A DNA stretch of 33,800 bases from Candidatus Limnocylindria bacterium (lineage in GTDB: Bacteria; Chloroflexota; Limnocylindria; QHBO01), in the NCBI GenBank assembly GCA_038248695.1, contig JBBRXE010000003.1, positions 1 to 33,800 of the forward strand. Direction: 5' to 3'. How positions within the stretch are numbered: position 1 is the first letter of the stretch; each line of letters opens with the position of its first letter. The notes under the pieces were generated by a model. It saw only the letters and a program-made list of their open reading frames with translations. It did no database searches and was not told the DNA's origin. Shown one piece after another: positions 27,871 to 33,800 of this stretch. The translations under genes were made by a program, and so were the position numbers.

Positions 27871-28206
27871 ATGCACCTCCGCCGAGCGATCCCGATGGGC
27901 ACGCTGCTCGTTGCGGCCGTGCTGGCCGGCTGCAGTGCCCCCCAGCACGTCACGCTGGCGGACCTCGTCGCCCAACAGGAAGCGTACGCCGGGCAGCAGG
28001 TCGAGACGAGTGGCGAGGTCCGCGCCTTCCATGATCCCGGCGGAACCTACTACGTGCTCGAGGACGCGAATGCGAACCGGGTGCAGGTTCGGCCGGCCGA
28101 CGACGTCGCGCGTTACGTCGGCCGCCAGCTGACCGTCGTCGGTCGCTTCGACGTCCTGCCCGACGCCGGGCGCGTCATGGTCATCGAATCCGCACGCGCC
28201 CCCTGA
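27871..28206 (+). CDS. small lipoprotein, possibly OB-fold; start 27871 or 27895
   Basis: Lipobox LAGC followed by a YAGQQVETSGEV...LTVVGRF beta pattern. Confidence 0.7.
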   Translation: MHLRRAIPMGTLLVAAVLAGCSAPQHVTLADLVAQQEAYAGQQVETSGEVRAFHDPGGTYYVLEDANANRVQVRPADDVARYVGRQLTVVGRFDVLPDAGRVMVIESARAP

Positions 28207-28250
28207 CGACGGGATGAGGCACCCCAGGGCGCGGCGACGGCCCCGGGTTG

Positions 28251-29009
28251 CTACACCGGCCCGGATGCTGGCGATTGATGCGCCACCTGGGCGCGCCATG
28301 GCGTACCGAGCATCGGCAGCAGGTAACGATCGAGGCCGTAGTAGCCGGCGACGCGCCAGGCCAGGATCAGTCCGATCGAGGCGGTGAACAGAACCGGATT
28401 GGTGGATGCCGATCCAGCGAGCAGGAAGGACATGTTCATCAGCGCACCGAAGAACGCCGCGATTCCCGTCAACGCGCCGAAGATAAGGCCGATGCCGACC
28501 GCGATCTCACCGAACGTGATGATCCAGCCGAACCAGGTCTCGTGGTGGCCATTCAGAAGGAAGGTGATGAAGTCGCGGTACCAGTCGTACGTGATCGGCG
28601 CATGTCCCTGGGCCGGGATCGCGATCGCGTTGTGCCAGAAGCCGGCGAGGGACGACCCACCGTCCAACCAGCCGCCGCCGGTTGCCTTGCCGATGCCCGC
28701 CTCGAGCCATGAGAGGCCCAGGAAGAGGCGGATGGGAAGCCAGAACAGTCCCGCACGGGTATTGGCAAAGAGATAGCGCGCGAAACTCGGACCCTCAACC
28801 TCGACCGTCGAAGCCTCAGGCTCCCGACGATCGGTGAACAGGAGCAAGACCACCAATAGCGACAGAACGAAGAAGGCCCAGGTCAGCACGGCGTTGAGAG
28901 TGCCGGTCGGCTGCGAGATCGGCCAGTCTTCCGGAAGCTGTAGCCAGATCAGGATGATCGCCGCGACGACGGCGATCCAGGTGGCGTAACGCCGCAAAGG
29001 CGACATCAT
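28251..29009 (-). CDS. DoxX/DoxD-family membrane protein with two extra N-terminal TM helices
   Basis: WLPIRLFLGLSWLEAG..K, GEIAVGIGLIFG, MNMSFLLAGSASTNP, AGYYGLDR. Confidence 0.85.
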   Translation of the reverse strand: MMSPLRRYATWIAVVAAIILIWLQLPEDWPISQPTGTLNAVLTWAFFVLSLLVVLLLFTDRREPEASTVEVEGPSFARYLFANTRAGLFWLPIRLFLGLSWLEAGIGKATGGGWLDGGSSLAGFWHNAIAIPAQGHAPITYDWYRDFITFLLNGHHETWFGWIITFGEIAVGIGLIFGALTGIAAFFGALMNMSFLLAGSASTNPVLFTASIGLILAWRVAGYYGLDRYLLPMLGTPWRAQVAHQSPASGPV

Positions 29010-29357
29010 TTCGACGGTCCTACCTTTCTACCCAGGGAGGGCGGCGCCAAGACTGACGTCATCGCCTCCGGCCTCTGTTGATCGTAATTGTCCCATGCAG
29101 TCTCAACCGCACTAGTGCCATTCGGCGCCATTGGAGATGCCATCCGTCCCGCCACAGCCACGACGGCCGAGCTGCAGGATCATGGCGTCGTGCCCCGCGA
29201 AGTTGAAGGCGTGGGTGACCATCGAGTACAGGCCATCCTCACTATGCCCGCCGGCGCAAGCCAGGGGCCGGAATGACTATCGACGGCGTGAGGCGCCGGC
29301 TCCAGATTGGTATCCAGCTGGGTTTCAGCGGACCTTGCACGCTGGGTTTGACAACAC

Positions 29358-29792
29358 TCACTCTTCGGTCAGCGGATGTCGCCAGCGCAAGCCCGGAAAC
29401 CGGCTGAAGTCCCGATCGGTGCTGATCCACTCGCTGCCCGATTCGATGGCAAGCGCGGCGAGGTAGGCGTCCGGCACGAGGTTGCCCTTGGCGTTCACCG
29501 TGCGGCATAGTCGTTCGAAGATCTCCCAGTGACGCGGTCCGGGGGCAACCGGCACGGCGTTGGGCTGGGAGCGCAGCGCGATGGCGAAATCCAGGGCCTC
29601 GTCGATCGGGGCCGGCGGCGAGAAGATGCTCGGATGGGTGGCAACCCGCACGAAGCCGCTGAGGACGAGGTCGGAGACGCCCACCGGCTCGTCCGACTCG
29701 ACCGCCGCCCGCAGCCAGTCACGGTAGCGCTCGTGGTGCGGCGTGCCGGCGTGGAACGCGTAGACGAGGACATTGACGTCCGGCAGGATCAG
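29358..29792 (-). CDS. vapC: PIN-domain toxin (VapC); probable CTG start overlapping the antitoxin stop
   Basis: (M)ILPDVNVLVYAF, GNLVPDAYLAALAIE, STDRDFSRFPGL; the track ORF omits the N-terminal catalytic Asp. Confidence 0.9.
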   Translation of the reverse strand: MILPDVNVLVYAFHAGTPHHERYRDWLRAAVESDEPVGVSDLVLSGFVRVATHPSIFSPPAPIDEALDFAIALRSQPNAVPVAPGPRHWEIFERLCRTVNAKGNLVPDAYLAALAIESGSEWISTDRDFSRFPGLRWRHPLTEE

Positions 29793-30034
29793 GAGTCGGT
29801 GTCCTCCATCCGGTCGAGCAGGGCGGCGCCGTCGTCGAGGTCGACCCCCGGACGCAGCCGACTGCCCGCGAAGGTCGGGAGATCGATCGCGCGCCGCCGA
29901 TCACCCCGCTCGCGCCGTGCGAACGCCTCGCGCAGCGCATCCTCGACGACGGCGTTCAGCGTCGTGCCTGAGCGTGCGGCCTGCGTCTTGGCCTGGCTCA
30001 GCAACCCATCGTCAATCTTGATCGTGGTTCGCAT
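29789..30034 (-). CDS. vapB: ribbon-helix-helix antitoxin (VapB)
   Basis: MRTTIKIDDGLL..AK..A....TL..VVEDALR; C-terminal PGVDLDD; directly upstream of the PIN gene. Confidence 0.88.
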   Translation of the reverse strand: MRTTIKIDDGLLSQAKTQAARSGTTLNAVVEDALREAFARRERGDRRRAIDLPTFAGSRLRPGVDLDDGAALLDRMEDTDS

Positions 30035-30041
30035 GCGTCAA

Positions 30042-30070
30042 AGCATCACTTGTCGTCATCATGATGTCAA
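30042..30070 (-). promoter_or_regulatory. vapBC promoter with an embedded palindrome
   Basis: TTGACA-17 nt-GATGCT-7 nt-ATG on the minus strand; CATCATGATG palindrome at 30057-30066. Confidence 0.7.
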
Positions 30071-30389
30071 GGACCCCGCCGACACCGCGGTAGGCTCAGC
30101 GGCGCGGATCACCAATACCGAGCAGCACGCGTAGCCGCGACGGGTCCATGAGCCGAATCTCGCTACCGGCGCGGCCGCGCTGCCAGGCCAAGCTCGATAC
30201 CGCGGTCGCAGTGGGGGACATCAGCCCGACGGAGATGGGGGAGTCTGGGAGGAGCTGACGCACGCCATCTACCAGCGGATCATCGTCGCGGCGGCCACCT
30301 TCGTCGGGGTTGAGCTGACGCCCCCTGCGAAGGCACACGGACTCCACGCGGTGCTGCCTGAAGAGGTCGAGGTGGAAGAGAAAGCTAAC

Positions 30390-30466
30390 TGGCGGGCCCG
30401 ACCGGATTCGAACCGGCGATCTCCAGCGTGACAGGCTGGCATGTTTGGCCACTACACCACGGGCCC
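30390..30466 (-). tRNA. tRNA-Asp (GTC), CCA encoded
   Basis: GGGCCCG acceptor stem, anticodon arm CCAGC-CTGTCAC-GCTGG, T arm GCCGG-TTCGAAT-CCGGT, ends GCCA; 77 nt. Confidence 0.97.
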
Positions 30467-30491
30467 GGGGAGGTGCCGGTGGCGGAGTATA

Positions 30492-30974
30492 TCAGGCTTG
30501 CGGTGGACCTTCAGACGACCGATCAGACGACCGATCAGACGACCGATCCGTCCGCATACGGCTCATGACCACGGCCGCGCAGCAGCCATATGCCAGCGCG
30601 ACCACGCCCAGGCCGATGCCTCCCAGCAGGAAGCCCGCACCATACGGAGCACTGACCAGTGCCGCGACCGCGGCCGCAAGCCACAGCATGCTCAGCGTCG
30701 CGGCGAGTACGACCGTGGCCGTAGTCGCCCATCCCGCACGGCGCCGTACCCCGGCGACCACGACGAGGTGCGCCATGCCAAGCGCCACGCTGCCGAAACC
30801 CAGCGCGAACAGCGCCCCGCCGACCGCCGCTGCGTCGATCGCCACCGGCGGAAGCTGCGCACGAACACCCGCCGGATCAGTGACGGCGAGTACCGCGGCA
30901 AAGCTGCCCACCAGGATCAGCAGGACGCCGACGACGAGCAGGAAGCGCGTGACGAGGACGAGCCGCGGCGGCAT
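30492..30974 (-). CDS. hypothetical 4-TM membrane protein
   Basis: Four hydrophobic segments; start uncertain. Confidence 0.65.
   Translation of the reverse strand: MPPRLVLVTRFLLVVGVLLILVGSFAAVLAVTDPAGVRAQLPPVAIDAAAVGGALFALGFGSVALGMAHLVVVAGVRRRAGWATTATVVLAATLSMLWLAAAVAALVSAPYGAGFLLGGIGLGVVALAYGCCAAVVMSRMRTDRSSDRSSDRSSEGPPQA
30511..30546. repeat. 12-bp tandem repeat x3 (tcagacgaccga) encoding a DRSS tail
   Basis: Read directly at the 3' end of the membrane-protein gene. Confidence 0.9.
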
Positions 30975-30991
30975 GCCGGCGGCCGCGCGGC

Positions 30992-31513
30992 CTAGTGGTG
31001 CGGCCGCGCGAGGATGATCGCCGCGGCTGCGAAGATCAGGGTGATCACGACGAGCGCGCCCGCCAGCACCTGGTCGCCACCCGCATGCGACATCACGAGC
31101 ACCACGCTGGCGCCGCCCAGAATCGCGGCCGCGCCGCTCAGCATGGCCGCCGCAACCCGGGCCAGACGAACCTCAGCAAGCACCGCAGCGGCGCTGCCGA
31201 CCAGGGCGACCGAGAAGATCGCAAGCAGCCCGCCGCCGATGATCTGGCCGAGGCCGAGGTTGACCACGTTTGGTGGCGACGTCGTGCCCGCGTAGCGACT
31301 GCCCACGGTGATACCGGAGATGGCGATCGCGATCCCGACGATGAACAGCGCCAGCCCGACGATGGTCACCGCCAGCAGCGCCACGCTGCCGGCCTCGCCG
31401 ATGTACTCGGGCGCCAGGGAGTGTGCCCGGGAGCGACGCCGGGCGACCGCCGTGGGCGCGCGAGGAGCTTCGCGTCGGCCGGCGGCCGGCTTGTTGACCT
31501 TCTTGGTGACCAC
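30992..31513 (-). CDS. hypothetical 4-TM membrane protein
   Basis: Basic N-terminus then four TM helices; GTG 31513 lies 7 nt after TACAAT. Confidence 0.72.
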   Translation of the reverse strand: MVTKKVNKPAAGRREAPRAPTAVARRRSRAHSLAPEYIGEAGSVALLAVTIVGLALFIVGIAIAISGITVGSRYAGTTSPPNVVNLGLGQIIGGGLLAIFSVALVGSAAAVLAEVRLARVAAAMLSGAAAILGGASVVLVMSHAGGDQVLAGALVVITLIFAAAAIILARPHH

Positions 31514-31619
31514 GGGCGCGATTGTAGCGGAGTCGTCGTGGACACCCGATCGGGTACCCTTATCCTCGACCGACGCCGTTCGCGCGTCCGCCTCCCGCCC
31601 TGACGATCGAGGTAGCTGC

Positions 31620-33272
31620 ATGTCCCTCTCCCCGTCCGACGCGGACGCTCGTTTTGATCGCACCATCGAGCGCTGGTTCCGCGACCGGCTGGCCATCGAG
31701 CCGGAGGTCGCGACCTACCTCGGCATCCACGACCACGACGGCGAGCTGAGCTCCGGGACAAGCGAGCAGGTCGACCGCGAAGTCGCCTTCCTGCGGGGCT
31801 CGATCACCGAGCTCGAGCGCTTCGCCGCCGACGAGCTCAGCGCGGATCGGCTCCTCGACCGCGACCTGGCGCTGCACCAGGCGCGCCTGGGCCTGTTTCA
31901 GCTGACCGAACGCCGCTCCTGGGCCGGCCGCAGCGACGCCGCCGAGTTCATTGGTGATGCGCTCTTTCCGCTCTTCGCCCGCGACTTCGCGCCACTCTCC
32001 GAACGGCTGGAAAGCATCGTGGCGCGGCTGGAGAAGGCGCCGCGCTACATCGCCGAGACACGCACTCGCGTGACCGACCCGGTGCGGCTGTGGACCGAGA
32101 TCGACCTCGAGGGCACGGCCGCGCTGCCCAGCTTCCTCGACACGATCGTGGCGACTGCCGCCTCCGAGCAACGCGACGAGACGCTGACACAGCGTCTGCG
32201 TCAGGCCGCGGACGCGACGAAGGCGGCGCTCGACGAGCACACGCAGTGGCTTCGCGACGAGATGCTGCCGAATGCCAACGCCGAGTGGCGCACCGACCCC
32301 GAACAGTTCGAGCAGCTCGTCAGCCTGCGTGAGCTCCAGGCCACCGGCGACGAAATCCTGGCCGTGGGCGAGCAGATGCTCACCGAATCGAAGGCCGCGC
32401 GTGATGCGGTGTGCACCGAGATCGACCCCACGCTCAGTCCCGAGGAGGTTGGCGACCTCGTCAAGAACGACCACGCCGCGAGTTTCGCGGAAGCGCTCGA
32501 GGAGTATCGGCGCGACATGGACCGCGCCCGCAGCTTCGTGATCGACCACGAACTCGCGACCATGCCGCCCGACGAGAAGCTCAAGGTCATCGAGACGCCA
32601 ACCTTTGTCCGGCATCTGATCCCGTTCGCCGCATACTTCTCGCCGGCTCATTTCGACCCGGTGCCGCTCGGCATCTACATCGTCACCCCGCCCGAGACGC
32701 CGGGCATGATGCGCGAGCACAACCGCGCGTCGATCAGCAACACCAGCGTCCACGAGGCGTACCCGGGCCACCACCTGCAGCTCAGCGGCGCGGCGACCAA
32801 TCCGAGCCTGGTGCGGCTCTTCTCGGGCGCTCCGGAGTTCACCGAGGGCTGGGCCTTCTATTGCGAACGGATGATGAAGGATGCGGGCTTCGACGACACG
32901 CCCAAGCATCGGTACATCCAGTACACCGATGCGATCTGGCGGGCTACCCGCATCATCCTGGACGTGCAGCTGCACCGGGGCAGCATCGGCTTCGATGACG
33001 CGATCGACCGTCTGCAGGCCGAGACTGGTTTCGAGCGGCCGGCCGCCCTTGGGGAAGTCAAGCGCTACACCTCGACGCCGACCTACCAGCTCAGCTATCT
33101 CTACGGCAGGCACATGATCGAGGCACTGCGCACCGACGTCGAGCGGCGCATGGGTCCTGCCTTCGACCTCAGGTTCTTCCACGACACGCTGATCTATGGC
33201 GGGACCATGCCTGTCTCCTACGCACGGCGCCTGTTCGATGCCAGGCTGGCGAATGACTCGCCTGACCGATGA
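31620..33272 (+). CDS. DUF885-family protein (putative metallopeptidase)
   Basis: ATYLGIHDHD start, HEAYPGHHLQ, FTEGWAFYCE, RIILDVQLH, EVKRY...PTYQLSY..G. Confidence 0.9.
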   Translation: MSLSPSDADARFDRTIERWFRDRLAIEPEVATYLGIHDHDGELSSGTSEQVDREVAFLRGSITELERFAADELSADRLLDRDLALHQARLGLFQLTERRSWAGRSDAAEFIGDALFPLFARDFAPLSERLESIVARLEKAPRYIAETRTRVTDPVRLWTEIDLEGTAALPSFLDTIVATAASEQRDETLTQRLRQAADATKAALDEHTQWLRDEMLPNANAEWRTDPEQFEQLVSLRELQATGDEILAVGEQMLTESKAARDAVCTEIDPTLSPEEVGDLVKNDHAASFAEALEEYRRDMDRARSFVIDHELATMPPDEKLKVIETPTFVRHLIPFAAYFSPAHFDPVPLGIYIVTPPETPGMMREHNRASISNTSVHEAYPGHHLQLSGAATNPSLVRLFSGAPEFTEGWAFYCERMMKDAGFDDTPKHRYIQYTDAIWRATRIILDVQLHRGSIGFDDAIDRLQAETGFERPAALGEVKRYTSTPTYQLSYLYGRHMIEALRTDVERRMGPAFDLRFFHDTLIYGGTMPVSYARRLFDARLANDSPDR

Positions 33273-33800
33273 GGGTGCCGCGCGCCCTTATCGGTCTTGC
33301 GCTGGCAACGTCGCTGGTTGCCTGCAGCTCGCCGTCGCCGACACCGGCCGTCGCCTGTCCCACCGCGGCACCCACCGCCGCAGGTGCGCAGCAGCTCCTG
33401 ACCAATGCTGCCCAGGCCGTGGTCAGGACCAACAAGGGCGAGTTCACCATGGAGCTCTACGGCTCGGCCGCGCCGATCGCCACCGCCAACTTCGTCGCCC
33501 TGGCGCGCTGCGGCTTCTATGACCGGATCAGCTTCCATCGCGTACTCGCCGGCTTCGTGGCCCAGGCGGGCGACCCCGCGACGAAGCAGAACCACGGCGA
33601 CTTCGATGGCCTGGGCGATGGCGGCCCGGGCTACGGGTTCGCCATCGAGCCCCCTGACGACAGCCTGCACTACGACAAGTACGTGGTGGCCATGGCCAAC
33701 GACACGCGGACGAACCGCTCGCAGTTCTTCATCGACCTCGCCGACCTCAATGGCCGCATCCCGCGCACCTACACCATTTTCGCCAAGGTCATTCTCGGGA
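33269..33800 (+). CDS. cyclophilin-type peptidyl-prolyl isomerase lipoprotein, 3'-truncated by the window
   Basis: Lipobox LVAC; AAPIATANFV.LA..GFYD...FHRV..GFVAQAGDP, GGPGY, AMAN, SQFFI, YTIFAKV. Confidence 0.92.
   Translation, partial: MRVPRALIGLALATSLVACSSPSPTPAVACPTAAPTAAGAQQLLTNAAQAVVRTNKGEFTMELYGSAAPIATANFVALARCGFYDRISFHRVLAGFVAQAGDPATKQNHGDFDGLGDGGPGYGFAIEPPDDSLHYDKYVVAMANDTRTNRSQFFIDLADLNGRIPRTYTIFAKVILG

Noticed and set aside
30096-30452. 118-aa minus-strand ORF
   Set aside because: It begins inside tRNA-Asp and has no recognisable motif; a shorter ORF cannot be excluded

Overview
High-GC bacterial chromosomal window. The gene mix and the many leaderless TAnnnT promoters fit a soil/freshwater Chloroflexota or actinobacterium, but taxonomy cannot be fixed from this sequence. 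Most of it is metabolic or housekeeping: ECF transporter, Nudix, inositol monophosphatase, GntR, purine nucleoside phosphorylase, a dispersed tyrosine catabolic pathway (hppD, FAH-family, hmgA), Hsp20/SixA, Ada/Ogt, a Mo-oxidoreductase, FabI, Rpf, LOG, modAB, DoxX, VapBC, tRNA-Asp, DUF885 and a cyclophilin. The standout is a co-oriented cassette at about 10.1-15.9 kb: MFS transporter fused to a cNMP-binding domain, Crp/Fnr regulator, Crp-like palindrome and promoter, a 97-aa peptide made of seven DEDVEGHRAR repeats, a terminator-like hairpin, a GAF protein, a minimal cytoplasmic S8 protease, and a nonsense-disrupted PAS histidine kinase. I interpret it as a candidate, apparently uncharacterised, cyclic-nucleotide-controlled repeat-peptide processing/signalling system. 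That interpretation is inference; no database search was possible.
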